Positions 1 to 10,656 are shown, counted from the stretch's first letter. The stretch is 40,334 nt of DNA from Corallochytrium limacisporum Hawaii (GCA_002811645.1 PDIP01000139.1:1-40334), one strand, 5' to 3'. Numbers and translations: made by a program. The notes: generated from the sequence alone by a model not told the origin.

Positions 1-114
1 TTTGAACTCGGTTGGCGCGAATTTCTCCCTCCCTCCTTATTCCGGTTGATTAAATGTGATTTGGAGCAATATTTCGACGCAGAGGATAGTAAAAAAAATG
101 GAGAGCGTTCGCAC

Positions 115-3100
115 TTACTTCTTCTTCTTCCTGCGGCGGGCCGCCGGGTTGGTCATCATAAAGTCGCCCTGCTTCAGGGCACTAAGCACAGAGTTGAAGT
201 TCTCACCTTCTTCGTCCGGCTCGCGGATATTGAGCGAGTCGTTCGTATCGGGGCGGGGGCGGTTCGGAGGGGCCAGGGCCTCGCCCGGTGGCGGTCCCTC
301 GGTGGACACCTCGCGCAGAACCTCGGCTTCTACTGGGTGCGCTTGCTGCTCATGATACTTACGGAGGGAAGCTTTCCGCTTGTCCGTCTTGGACGCTTTC
401 AGGTCCTTCGTGAGCTCCGCGCGCGAGGTCTTCAATTCGTTCACGAGGTCTCGCCGTAGTGCAACATCGCCCGTGGTGTGGCGCTTGCGCGGAGACTTTG
501 GCGCCTGAATAAGTTCCACAGACTTTTGCGAAATTATGGAATCCCGGCTCCAGTTTCGTGAATTGCGCATATTGCGCTCCTCTTCCTCCTTCAGGCTCTT
601 GACCGCAGTAACAAACTGGTTCGTGAAGATCCGAATGTGGTCAAAGAATTCACTCGGTTTGTAGGAGGCGGCGTTCTCGCCAAAGAATGCCACCATCTGG
701 GCAAAGGCGGACAATGTCTGGTCCTTGCTCTTTTCGATTTCATCCAGGCGCCCCATACCGGAATCGACAAACAATTGCAAGCGCTCACAGAACTTATCCT
801 GGGTCTCCGATTTCTTGGCAATGGCTTCCAGAAGTGCTGTCTGCTTCTTGATCCCGGCACGCAGGGTACGTAGGGTGTCCTCAATCTCATTCATCGGCAC
901 TCGTGCAGCCGCCATGACATTCGGCATCTCCTCACTGTAGGTCAGGGCGTCCTCATTCTGTTCCTTGACAGCTTTGGCGATGAATTCAATTAGCATCGTA
1001 CGACCATCCGTACCGCGTGTGGTGGCGACCTTGGACAGAGAATTGATCTTCAGACCGGCTGCGACCTTGCCACCACGACCCCTCTGGTTGAGGAAGTTAC
1101 CGACCGCCAGGGTCACTCCCAACACATCTCTGAAGCCCTGACATTCACCAACCTCATCACAGGCACTGGCAACCACCTCGAGCTGATCAGGTATCGATTC
1201 AATGAAGTCCTGGAAATCATTGGCAAACTGTAGGGCCGCAATGCGCCGTTCGTACTCCGGAATGTTGCTGATCTCGAGCATGAATCGATCGACCTTGTCG
1301 AGCTTCTCTGTGGGAATGTCGGAAGCAGCGATGGCATCAATTTCCACCTTGGTCGGAATAAACTTGTTGAGTTGTTCAATCAAATTGGACGAAATCTCTT
1401 CGTCCTGCCAGTTCTCCACGATGCGCTTGACAGCAATGCCGTCCAAGCGATACTTCTGCAGGAAAATGGCAATGTTCTGGGCACGACGGACTTCAATGAC
1501 CGACGTGTTCTGAGCGCGCCGAGCCATGGGAGCGGGGGCACCGGGAGCTCCTGGCATCGCCGTGGAAGCGCCTGGTCCGGATTCGGGCAGTTGCTTAGGC
1601 TCCTTACTGAAAGCGATCTCGAGATCATTGACGTTCATGTTCGATAGCGCAGACTTGGTATCCAGAGAGCTCCAAATAGTCATGTTGTTGGCATCCTTCT
1701 CGTCAAGAACATTCCAATGCACTCCCTTCAGCTGCTCCTTTTCTTCCTCTGCCTCCTGGGCCGCCTTCTTGCCAACCAAGGCAGCGAGACCAGCCCTGAG
1801 ACCGCCAGACGGCGGGGGAGGAGCTGGCGGACCCTTGCCCGGAGGCGGCGGTGGTGGAGGTGGCGGCGCACCCTGGCTGCCTGGAGGCGGCGGCGGCGGC
1901 GGCGGCGGGGGAGGCGGAGGCGGAGGTGCGGCCCCAGTTCCTGGGGGTCCACCTGGTCCACCCGTGCCACCGACACCCAAAGACATCCCTTGCTTCTTAG
2001 ACTGTTGGGCAAGCAACAGGGCATTCATGGCCTCATCCCGTGACAGACCCAGCTTCTGGGTGCCTTCCAGCAAGAACGGTTCCGCCTCTTCGTCATCGCT
2101 CTCCCATTCATCGTCTGGGCTATTGACAGAGGCCGCACTTCTGATCAATTCGGACAGCGTGCTGCCGGTCTTAAGGTTAGTCTTTGAAGCCTTCCGGGTA
2201 CCCTTGCGGACCTTCCGCCGCCGACGAATGAACAAACGGCGTACGAGACGACGGCCATCGTCATTGAAGCCCAGGGCCTTGTCAATGGCCAACTTGGGAT
2301 CCTGCTCATCGGCCATTTTAGGAATTTCGTCCAGCTTCTTCTTACCACTGATGAGATCGAGTACAGTGTCAGGGGCAAGTGCGGGTACGACAGCGTTCTC
2401 GGGGTTTGTCGGATTCCCCTCCGATTCTGGCACCGCCGCATCGCTGTCGTCTCCAAACTCCTTATCAAGTTCACTCTTAACCGCAGGGAAGTCGACCAGC
2501 TCGGATGTCTTGGTCAGAGCGCTGATCGGAACAACCTCTAGCAACTCTGCGTATTCGTATACACTGTCCGTGTCATCCCCGTTGATCCAGACTTCATCCG
2601 TACCGTCAAAAGCCTTGGGCTCCCTTTCCTGCGTCTCCGCGAGCCCCATTTCCTCTGCCGTCTGGTCAGTTGCTTTATGGGGCGAATCGGGCGTCTTAGG
2701 CGCTTGCAACTCTCCCAAACTATCATTGACTTCCTCTTCGGTCCCCGGTTTGCTTCGTGTACCAGCCTTAATGGCCTTCTTCAGAGACTTACCAATGGAT
2801 TTCCTATTGGACGAGCGGGTTGAGTGTGACGCCTGGCGTTTCTTCTGCCAGCGGTAGGTGGGAACCAAGCGATTCATGACCCGATTGGCTGCGAAGGTGA
2901 CGTCCTCATCGATGTCTCCCTCCGCAACCATGTCATCAACCTCGTCAATGACGTGTGGGTACAGTTGTCTGATTGTCATCAACTTCTGCAACGCTGAGCT
3001 CAGCTCAGCCTCAGTCTGTGCTAGTTGCAGACTGCTAAAGGGGTCAGTGCGGCCCAGTTGGCCCGTGCCAGCCTCAAGCAAAATCCGTTGCTTACTGAGC

Positions 3101-5448
3101 ATCTTTTGCCGCTCCGCGTACAGTCTCTGAATCGTGCGTTCCTTTTCAAAAGACTTCTTGGCGAAGTACTTTACCTCCTTCTCCAGACGTTCAATATCCT
3201 TTTGGTTCACCGCATCCACAATGAGTGCCTTGATGTCCAATTCAAAATCAGCTATATCTGGGTCGTTGCCCTGATCGCTCTGCAAAACAATTTGCTGTAC
3301 CAAGCGATCAATGAGTTGCATGTATGCGTACCGCTTGACAGGATCGGGTTTGATCAGGACCAGATGCTTCACGAGGCTCTGCAGATGGGGATAGGACCAG
3401 CTATCCAGATTCTCGCGCAGGTAGCTGAACACTTCCTCAGGATTTTCAAGATCAATCTTCTCAATCTCATCCATCATCATCATGGCCTCCTCATCCGTAA
3501 GCATGATACCAATGAAGTAGTCAATATGCTTGTCCAGGGTCTCATTGGATCCATAAATGGTCCAAATCTGGTCTTCCACCTTTTGAGCGATGAATTCAAA
3601 GCGGATATGCATGCGCACCTTTACATCTGACTCTTTAGGATCACCGTTGACAATGCCGTTGATCAAAAGCATGGTCGCAATCTGATGCTGTAGAACCAGG
3701 CTTTTGTCTGTATCGTAATCGTCAGTGAGACGTGCAACCAGTGACTGGAATCGGAGGCGCTCACCCGTGAAATACCGCACGTAATCCATTGCTTCCAAGA
3801 CCCGCTTGTGGACGGAACTGGCGACGTAGCACAGCACACCGAGGATTTCAAGTGCAATGATACGTGTCCGCAAGTTCCAAGTATGCATAGACTTGGCAAC
3901 AATTTGAATGCTCTCGGGATTCTGAAGAAACAGATCCAGACAGTAAGGTACATTCAGAGTGACCTTCAGGGAATGAATTAGACCAAGATGGTAGTCGCCC
4001 TCACGAAGTTCCATATCAAGTGAATCGAGGCGTGCCAACAGGAAGTCCAGACCACCTGCCTTGGCAAACTGTTTCAATTCAGTCGAACGAGAGTTGCGGA
4101 GTGCCGTATCGAGACCAGTGACAGAATTCAGAAGCTTCTCCTGAATCTGCAAATGCTGCATTCCAGCCTTATGCTCACCCTTCCGGACCTTCTCAGCCAA
4201 GCCAGCCAGCTGTCTCTCGTATTTTATCATCTTCTTCATAAACGAGTCTGGTCGAGCAGTACCATCGGCCAGGTACTTGGCATCAAGGATCTTCACCACA
4301 TCCTTACCGTAAATCTTCATCATTTTCCATTTCTTGTCATCCGGCAAAAGCAACATATAGTCCTTGCGCCGTGCGGTGAGGTCAAGAACACTGATGAAAT
4401 CTGCAAACATCTGCCTAAGTTTCAGTGGAGGTGGCATATCGTCGTACATGGCAGGGTCTTCATTGTCATCCTCCACCAACAAATTCCCAATCTCTTCAAA
4501 CAGCTCGTCCGTGTTGCGGCCACGTCCATCTACGCTGCGGGACCTTCCCTCTGAACCCTGGGATTTTACACTGGTACGAGATGCGCTCTTGGATCTACCA
4601 GCTTCACGATCTCTTCCACTCCGACCACTCTTGCTCGACACCTGATAATCGTCCGTAGGAATGGCTAGGCCACTCATACGACTGCCATCCACCGCCTTCA
4701 TTGGCAAATTTGCTTCGCTGAGGGCCCGTCGCTCACGAACATCTTTCTTGCGTGGCCCATCTTCTCCTCGCTTTTTAGCTTGCGCCATAGCAGACGCAGG
4801 AGTATGCTTAGACTTCCTGGTCGAACCCTTAGCGGCATTTATGGTGTCCATGTCATCGTATTTTCCGTCCTCATTTCGGTCTTTCTTGTCTTTCCTTTTC
4901 CTATCCTTCTTGTCTTTCCTCGATTCGTAGACTTCTTGCTGGGCGGCACCATTTTCCTTTGACCTTTCCTTCTCTTTCTTATCCTTCCTGTCCTTCTTGT
5001 CCTTCCTCTCCCTTCTGTCGTTGTCTTTACTGGCTCCGAAAGACTGCATAGCCTCTCCATAGTTATCACCTCCGTTCATGCTGCTGCGACGGCTGCTTGC
5101 GCCACTGCTTCTGCGGCTGCTGCGCGTACCTTCAAACTCAGGCTTTGAGGAGTTCGCCGCTGTCTTGTTCTCAGAAGATGACTTGACATCTGCGTTCTTG
5201 ATCATTTCAATTGACGGGTCCCGCACAAAGGATGCCGCATTTCCCCCGGTTTGGTTGACCACAGGATCTGCGTACATGGTGGTCTTATTCTGCATCTTGC
5301 GCTTTTCTGGATCCGGCAGGATTTCTTCGGCCTCGATGATGTCATCATCATCGCCTTTAGAAGCCTTCTTTCCAAAAAGACTAGCAGCCCTTTCTGTCAC
5401 ACCGTCTGCTGGACTTTTGTCCTTCTTTTTCTTCGATTTGAAGAACAT
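115..5448 (-). CDS. DAAM: Diaphanous-related formin, DAAM-like (GBD-FH3-FH1-FH2-DAD), 1777 aa
   Basis: GBD/FH3 segments closely resemble animal DAAM (MPPP..LDLT..LPDDKKW; ALEILGVLC; ERLRFQSL; DRLVQQIVLQSDQGNDPD). Has a poly-Pro FH1, an FH2 with LKGVHW, TIW, RRAQNIAIFL, LAVGNFLN and GLKINSLSK, and a C-terminal DAD (FNSVLSALKQGDF) followed by basic RRRKKKK. Confidence 0.93.
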   Translation of the reverse strand: MFFKSKKKKDKSPADGVTERAASLFGKKASKGDDDDIIEAEEILPDPEKRKMQNKTTMYADPVVNQTGGNAASFVRDPSIEMIKNADVKSSSENKTAANSSKPEFEGTRSSRRSSGASSRRSSMNGGDNYGEAMQSFGASKDNDRRERKDKKDRKDKKEKERSKENGAAQQEVYESRKDKKDRKRKDKKDRNEDGKYDDMDTINAAKGSTRKSKHTPASAMAQAKKRGEDGPRKKDVRERRALSEANLPMKAVDGSRMSGLAIPTDDYQVSSKSGRSGRDREAGRSKSASRTSVKSQGSEGRSRSVDGRGRNTDELFEEIGNLLVEDDNEDPAMYDDMPPPLKLRQMFADFISVLDLTARRKDYMLLLPDDKKWKMMKIYGKDVVKILDAKYLADGTARPDSFMKKMIKYERQLAGLAEKVRKGEHKAGMQHLQIQEKLLNSVTGLDTALRNSRSTELKQFAKAGGLDFLLARLDSLDMELREGDYHLGLIHSLKVTLNVPYCLDLFLQNPESIQIVAKSMHTWNLRTRIIALEILGVLCYVASSVHKRVLEAMDYVRYFTGERLRFQSLVARLTDDYDTDKSLVLQHQIATMLLINGIVNGDPKESDVKVRMHIRFEFIAQKVEDQIWTIYGSNETLDKHIDYFIGIMLTDEEAMMMMDEIEKIDLENPEEVFSYLRENLDSWSYPHLQSLVKHLVLIKPDPVKRYAYMQLIDRLVQQIVLQSDQGNDPDIADFELDIKALIVDAVNQKDIERLEKEVKYFAKKSFEKERTIQRLYAERQKMLSKQRILLEAGTGQLGRTDPFSSLQLAQTEAELSSALQKLMTIRQLYPHVIDEVDDMVAEGDIDEDVTFAANRVMNRLVPTYRWQKKRQASHSTRSSNRKSIGKSLKKAIKAGTRSKPGTEEEVNDSLGELQAPKTPDSPHKATDQTAEEMGLAETQEREPKAFDGTDEVWINGDDTDSVYEYAELLEVVPISALTKTSELVDFPAVKSELDKEFGDDSDAAVPESEGNPTNPENAVVPALAPDTVLDLISGKKKLDEIPKMADEQDPKLAIDKALGFNDDGRRLVRRLFIRRRRKVRKGTRKASKTNLKTGSTLSELIRSAASVNSPDDEWESDDEEAEPFLLEGTQKLGLSRDEAMNALLLAQQSKKQGMSLGVGGTGGPGGPPGTGAAPPPPPPPPPPPPPPPGSQGAPPPPPPPPPGKGPPAPPPPSGGLRAGLAALVGKKAAQEAEEEKEQLKGVHWNVLDEKDANNMTIWSSLDTKSALSNMNVNDLEIAFSKEPKQLPESGPGASTAMPGAPGAPAPMARRAQNTSVIEVRRAQNIAIFLQKYRLDGIAVKRIVENWQDEEISSNLIEQLNKFIPTKVEIDAIAASDIPTEKLDKVDRFMLEISNIPEYERRIAALQFANDFQDFIESIPDQLEVVASACDEVGECQGFRDVLGVTLAVGNFLNQRGRGGKVAAGLKINSLSKVATTRGTDGRTMLIEFIAKAVKEQNEDALTYSEEMPNVMAAARVPMNEIEDTLRTLRAGIKKQTALLEAIAKKSETQDKFCERLQLFVDSGMGRLDEIEKSKDQTLSAFAQMVAFFGENAASYKPSEFFDHIRIFTNQFVTAVKSLKEEEERNMRNSRNWSRDSIISQKSVELIQAPKSPRKRHTTGDVALRRDLVNELKTSRAELTKDLKASKTDKRKASLRKYHEQQAHPVEAEVLREVSTEGPPPGEALAPPNRPRPDTNDSLNIREPDEEGENFNSVLSALKQGDFMMTNPAARRRKKKK

Positions 5449-7685
5449 GTTTGTGTGCTATGGTCTCGCAGTTTCTAGTGTGGATGTTCCACTGTCAATG
5501 TATCTCTACCATGTCATTTCTGTGGTTCTATCACTGGTTTCCTATTCCTATATTGCAGTACTCCTTAGAAAGAAATTTTACTGGTAGACAGCAGTTCGAA
5601 CCAAACTGGCCTTCTAGGGGGTCTGTCCTGTGGATAATGATTTCGTGGGTTGCCACCTAGCCCTGAAATATCCGAATCATACAGCACGCGAACCGTCGTT
5701 TTCCCTTACAAGCTCTTGATTCTCCGGCGAAGTGCGAGCGTCCAAGGCCGGGTTCATGTACTTAGCGGAAGCTGTCATTACTAGAACCGCTCTGCCTGCG
5801 TGGCTAGGAATTGGTTCCCAAGACCCACTGCTTGTGTCTCGCACAACCGAAACACAGCGGCCGTTTCGCGACGAAAGCGGGCGATTTGCTCGCCCGGGAC
5901 GGTCCAAGATACTTGAAGGCAGCAGGAGGAGCTAGTAGCAGCATGCCTCAATCATCTCAAAACATTCCATAATTTGAATATAGAAATGCGTTTCTTTCCG
6001 GACGCGTCGGCCACCGGTTCGAACGCAAGAACTTGGCACTCCAATCGTGCGCGATGGAGAGCTTGCTCTTTTTTGTCTGCTTGTGATTTCTAAGGAAAAG
6101 AGAACGGGCTCCGGGAACACACCCTTCCAAGGATTTTTTTTCTTTTTTTTTTTCCTTTTTGCTTCCTTCGTTCCCTTCTGCCTTCGTTTCACGCTTGCTG
6201 TGCCCGGGTGTTTCCAACATCCCCGCAGAGCGAGAAACCGGCCCCCCGGGAGGGGGAGGGGGGAGTCGTGGTGGAGAGTTTCGTCGTCTCCAACGCGGTG
6301 GATTCGATCCGAAACGGCAAGGTTTCAAAGTTTCATGAAGGAAACACACCCATCGACCGACCGGTCGATTCATAACAATAGCACAACAATTGCGGGCTCG
6401 GAGGATGAGGAAGGTAGGTGCAGAACCCAAACGGGGCACACAGAACAGACACGCAGCCTCCACCAAGTGTGAACGGCCGCTTCCAGCAAAAAGAAAAGGG
6501 CGTCGTTCCAAAGAGGCCAAGGCGCGCGAGAGGGTCCCGGCGGGACCAGAGAGAGCAAAGTGGAAGCATAGGGAACAAATAAGGACCTTCCCTCCCTCAT
6601 TTTTTTCCCCTTAGCCTTGCGTGGGGGGGGGGGGGGGCGTGTCGTTGTAACACACTCTTCTCAGGTCGCTGCGGCAACTCACACACCACCCCGTAATGAA
6701 AAACTGTGGCGAAGCCAGAGCGACAAAAAACCAAACACTCAAACCGCCCGTCCTTTCGTTTTGCCTTTGGGATCATGAAAATAGACCCCCATTTCCATAC
6801 CAACCGGTTCCCATTTCTTTTTCTTGGACAGCTGCTGCTGGGTAAACCTTGTCGTGGTAGTCAGACAGGAATGTGCAGAAGAATTCCCTGGAGGTTGCGA
6901 TTCTTCCGTATGTTTTAGTAGCGAAAAATAATGTCATCGCTTGGGCGAACGCAACCCACCTGTGTCTGTCGGTGTTTCAGTTGGGTGGAACGATCGACGA
7001 AGACAGGAAAACCGGCTGGAGAGAGCGGGAGCAATACTGAATGTACCGTAGATACCAAAAAGAAAAACAACACAAAACCCCCCTCCGGTCGTGTGTCTTG
7101 CCGAGCAGCAGAGCTCCCAATCTCTATGGTGAACGTACGCACAGGACAAATTCCTGCCTAATTTAGGAAACACTGGGGTGGACGGAACGGGGTGGCAGAA
7201 GTGGTGGATAATGAAACTATTGGATCAACGGCGGGGCCACGGAGGGCATCTCGCTCGGGGCAGCGAACTGAGTCATTACGCCCTCTTGTCTCAATCTAAC
7301 GGCCGTTTCTCGCGGTCCTAAAGTAGAGTGGACAAGAGATTGACACCAGTTGTGAACACCCGCTGCGAAAAATAAACGGAGCCGGATATAAAATTGGCGG
7401 AACCGACGGGTCGAAGTTTTCGGAGTATATTAGGGTAGGGTATCACGGGACAGAACCATCCACACAGAGAGGTTCGGATCTGGGAAATATCCGCGCGTGT
7501 CGATCTGACACGCCATTGTAACGCTATCATCACTGTAGTGAGGGTGCGGTGAGTTCGCGGTCCAGAGTTGATGACAGCTGGTCACGACTAGATATTTCAG
7601 TGAAGCAAATTCCTACATTTACACAGGGGGTCCATATTTGTCGTTCCGCATCGTACGCGATAAACCTGTCATGAATGTGACAAAG

Positions 7686-8231
7686 ATGATTGGCCGCATT
7701 GCAGTTCTACGGACATTGGTACGTCAGGCAACCCCTGCTGTGACACCGCTGGCATTTGTTCGGGCCATCGCCACTGACAAACCTCGCATGATCACCGTCA
7801 AAGTTTCTGGTGAGTCTGATCAGATGAAAACTACTATGAATGAAGAACGTGCCGTACATACCATGATCACGGACGAACCAGAACGCCTCGGAGGTACAGA
7901 TCAAGGGCCGACTCCTCTGCAGATGGCTTTGAGCTCTCTGGCAGGTTGTGAAACTGCTACTCTGTACGGTATCTGTAAAAGGGCGAATATCAAAATCGAC
8001 CACATCTCCTACAAGGTAGAAGGCGCCTTCGACGCGCGGGGCACTTCGGGAGTGGCTGGCGTTTCACCCGCTTTCCAAACCGTTCAAGTGAATGCCAAGA
8101 TCGTCAGCGACGGTGAAGAAGACAAGGTCCGGGAATGTATCACGCTTGCTGGCAAGCGATGCCCCATTTATGCCCTATTCGTCCAGGCCGGTGTGGACAT
8201 GCGGTCCGACTGGGAAGTCGTGAAAGCATGA
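7686..8231 (+). CDS. OsmC/Ohr-family peroxidase-like protein with probable mitochondrial presequence
   Basis: Motifs DEPERLGGTDQGPTP..LAGC and KRCPI give the two conserved Cys. The N-terminus MIGRIAVLRTLVRQ..VRAIAT is Arg-rich and acid-free. Start is ATG 7686 or 7671; the ORF-track start at 7638 is TTG. Confidence 0.88.
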   Translation: MIGRIAVLRTLVRQATPAVTPLAFVRAIATDKPRMITVKVSGESDQMKTTMNEERAVHTMITDEPERLGGTDQGPTPLQMALSSLAGCETATLYGICKRANIKIDHISYKVEGAFDARGTSGVAGVSPAFQTVQVNAKIVSDGEEDKVRECITLAGKRCPIYALFVQAGVDMRSDWEVVKA

Positions 8232-8323
8232 GAGAAAGTACAGAGATTTGGATTAGAAATGTAATGTATGGATGATGTGTTGTAAATGTGTGTTCTGTGG
8301 AATTATAAATGCTGTGGACGGTT

Positions 8324-9064
8324 TCAAGGCATCAAGACATAGGATTTGACGGGAAACATTCCGTTAGGGAAACCCTCCTGGTCTTCCTCACGAATAAGCT
8401 TGAGATCGGACTTTTCCACCAGCTTCAGGAGGTGCGTTTCGTCACGGGTGACACTGCTGTCATCTTTGTCTACAATGAAACCTCCATCGGTGATGACATT
8501 GTCCTTGATGATCACACAGCCCTTGCCAGGAACGAGCCCTTTGGCACATCTGTTCAAGAAGGCCACAAAGTCATCGTCGTGGAGGTACCCGATGACCCAC
8601 TGGACCCAGATCAGGTTGTATTTTCCTTCCTCTGGGTTGAAGTCTTGTAGTCCACAACAGTACGTCTCTTTCAAACGGTCGTCGCCTACGTATGACCGTG
8701 CCTTGTCTACAAACTTTTGTACCAATTCTACCAAATCTACCGATTGGAAAATGGGGATTAGCAGCTTCCGGGCAATCCGTCCGATGCCGGCTCCGCAATC
8801 CACGGCGTACCCAGCATCTATCACTCCTTCATCGATGAGCCTCCGGATCAAACTCCGACTGGCATTGATATCCAGAGAGCTCAATTTACCGAACCCACCG
8901 AGCATGCCATTCACAGTCTCTGGTTCATTCTCCCAGTACTCTTTGGCCTTTTCGTACCATTCCAAGTTTCCATCTGCCGCCTTCTTAGCCAACTCCACCT
9001 GCCACATGTCATCCCAGGTCTGGTACTGAGTGCCCTGAGTATCACTTCCAGCGTTGTTGGTCAT
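8324..9064 (-). CDS. NTMT1: Alpha-N-terminal protein methyltransferase 1 (NTMT1/Tae1 family)
   Basis: WYEKAKEYW, TVNGMLGG, SAM motif VDCGAGIGRI, IWVQWVIGYLHD, IIKDN, DKDDSSVTR and FPV are all typical of the family. Confidence 0.95.
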   Translation of the reverse strand: MTNNAGSDTQGTQYQTWDDMWQVELAKKAADGNLEWYEKAKEYWENEPETVNGMLGGFGKLSSLDINASRSLIRRLIDEGVIDAGYAVDCGAGIGRIARKLLIPIFQSVDLVELVQKFVDKARSYVGDDRLKETYCCGLQDFNPEEGKYNLIWVQWVIGYLHDDDFVAFLNRCAKGLVPGKGCVIIKDNVITDGGFIVDKDDSSVTRDETHLLKLVEKSDLKLIREEDQEGFPNGMFPVKSYVLMP

Positions 9065-9086
9065 GCTTCAATGTCAGTACACCACT

Positions 9087-9584
9087 CTACAGTGTAAGTT
9101 CGTAAAGGTGTGCGTCTCGTCCCTCAATGTAGTAATCTTTCAGAATACCAGCCGGCTCAAATCCTGCCGCACTGTACAATCGCACTGCGGCCGCACGCTT
9201 CGGGTCCACTTGCAGTCGGACGCGTTCAATGGCACAGGGCGAAGCGCGAGCCTTATCAATGGAAGCAGTCAGCAATTGTGTCCCAATACCTTTTCCGCGA
9301 ACACTACTCTCGACAGCAACCTTGTGAATCTGTGCGGTCGGGTACGCAATTTCAATGATGAGATATCCCAACACAGTCAGTTCCTCAGTTGCGCTATCGG
9401 TCGCTACGAAAACTGTACGGTTCCGTCCCTTCAGTTGCTTTGCAGACCCAGTGAAATCGTCTGCCATAGACTCGTGCTTGGGAAATGTGCGCCTCTCGAT
9501 CTTTGCAATCTGATCGACTATTGTGGCAGACTCCTTTTGCGGTTTGCGAAAGTCCCACTCCTTCACTGAAGTCCTATTTCTCAT
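9087..9584 (-). CDS. RimI-like GNAT N-acetyltransferase, 165 aa
   Basis: IERRTFPKHES, acetyl-CoA motif A (VAV...RGKGIGTQLL), L.V...AVRLY...GF and C-terminal DYY..GRDA match RimI/Naa-type enzymes. Confidence 0.88.
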   Translation of the reverse strand: MRNRTSVKEWDFRKPQKESATIVDQIAKIERRTFPKHESMADDFTGSAKQLKGRNRTVFVATDSATEELTVLGYLIIEIAYPTAQIHKVAVESSVRGKGIGTQLLTASIDKARASPCAIERVRLQVDPKRAAAVRLYSAAGFEPAGILKDYYIEGRDAHLYELTL

Positions 9585-10656
9585 GTCCTAGAGCAAGTCA
9601 TGTTACGATCGAATCCGTTTTTGCTATCCACACAAAGCAAAACTCTGTCTTAGTACGGCCTTCTCAATTGCAAACTTTGAATACCCGAGAACCCCCACCA
9701 TCATCGTCATCCCATGGACACGTTCACGCGTCAACGCCCGCACGAGGCGCGCTGGCCCAGTTCCTTCGTGCCCAGCGGATTGAACTGGGCCAAGCGCGCT
9801 CAAGCCAGGTGACCCACCCCCCCCCATGGCGGGCTTTTTGACGTCGGGGGTACATTTACGACCCCAACCGGGGCTGGGGGGGGGGCGAGCGACCCATAGA
9901 AACTTCAAACCCTGGGATTCCGGCCCCCCCCCCCGGACCTCTTTCTTCTTCTTTCCCGGGTGGGGTGGATAGCGCCCTCCCCCTACCGCCCAATTTTGTA
10001 CCGTTGGTATTGAAGGTGATGAAATCAAATCCGTCCCGCCGCAATACCGAACCCACCTCGTTCCCTCCAACACCAACCACCACCACCAGTTTTTGGAAAT
10101 AGTGAATGTAAGGTAAAACGCAAAACAAAACCAGGTGCAAAAGGGGTACGGTGGTACTTCTGTGGCCTGTGTGATGTTCCTTGGAGGCAAACATTGTTTT
10201 CCATGCGCAGAGTTTTGGTTTGTTTTGTCTTTTACTTTTTTCGGTACACCCTCTTCGGGAGACTGCTGCACCTTAGCCTTTGAGCTGCCTTATCCGAGTT
10301 TCCTTGGGAAAAATGAATACCACCGTACGAGGCTAAACTGTCCCTGTTGGCTCCCGCGGTGTCCGGACGGGAAAGAACCCCGTCGCCTACTTTTTCCCAT
10401 TCTTTTCGCTTGACCCTCTGTTTGGACCCGAACTGGTCCAAACGCCCCTGCCCAGCCAATGGCAGCTGGTCATTCAGAATAGTCTGAAACATCACCCCCC
10501 TTCTTTTGCCTAATTTTTTTCTTTCTCTTTTCTTTTTTTATATGCTCTCGCTTGCCGCCGGGTAGAACACAATCACACAGCAAGCACACAGAGTGTGTGC
10601 GGGAGAGGGAGGAGGAAGGAAGAGAAAAGGGCGCAGGGAGAACGACCGCGGTCTCT

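Noticed and set aside
1526-2857. 443-aa Gly/Ser-rich + strand ORF
   Set aside because: Antisense shadow of the formin FH1 region; poly-Gly is the complement of poly-Pro codons.
9065-9089. Stop-codon readthrough fusion of GNAT and NTMT1
   Set aside because: The 22-nt spacer puts the two ORFs in different frames.
9624-10271. 215-aa minus-strand ORF (similarly 5957-6520, 34984-35604, 38133-38711 and 39777-40196)
   Set aside because: Low-complexity or non-coding-like composition running through homopolymer tracts, mostly non-ATG starts, no recognisable motifs.
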